A model generated the notes under the pieces. It made no database searches. It was not told where the DNA came from and saw nothing but the letters and a program-made list of their open reading frames with translations. From a virus (Duplodnaviria > Caudoviricetes): a DNA stretch of 24,333 bases. Shown in pieces: positions 24,330 through 24,333 of this stretch (positions are counted from its first letter, which is position 1; each line of letters begins with the position of its first letter). The DNA lies in the IMG/VR virus record IMGVR_UViG_3300030372_000818, positions 1 through 24,333 of that record; one strand, 5' to 3'. Position numbers and translations under genes: made by a program.

Positions 24330-24333
24330 GACA

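Larger units (their letters stand above)
1..24333 (+). mobile_element. Tailed dsDNA bacteriophage genome segment (siphovirus-like): tail, accessory, lysis and replication modules
   Basis: Tape measure, frameshifted tail chaperone, tail tip, lysozyme, primase-helicase and YqaJ are all co-oriented with overlapping start/stop codons. No host housekeeping genes, and no sheath or baseplate-wedge genes in the window. Confidence 0.95.

Overview
The window is an AT-rich, single-strand-coded (all credible genes on +), densely packed segment of a tailed dsDNA phage genome, most likely a siphovirus. A low-GC aquatic Gram-negative host is inferred, not shown. Gene order: tail chaperone pair with a -1 slippery site, tape measure, distal tail/hub proteins, a 2027-aa tail-tip/fibre fusion with an S74 chaperone, and a putative adhesin. 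Next is an unusual envelope cassette (TM protein, CsgF, CsgG, acidic curlin-like protein, FecR-domain protein, CHASE2 class III adenylate cyclase) that runs directly into the lysis genes (holin-like, small basic protein, SNase, GH24 lysozyme). A sigma70-like promoter then opens a recombination/replication module (YqaJ exonuclease, RHH protein, resolvase, SSB-like protein, primase-helicase, iteron-like repeats), followed by PAPS-reductase-like, DUF3310 and HTH genes and a cos-like motif at the window end. The best candidate for a new system is the curli-pore/FecR/CHASE2-cyclase cassette, read as a phage-encoded trans-envelope cAMP signalling device coupled to lysis. All family calls are by-eye motif recognition; no database search was run.
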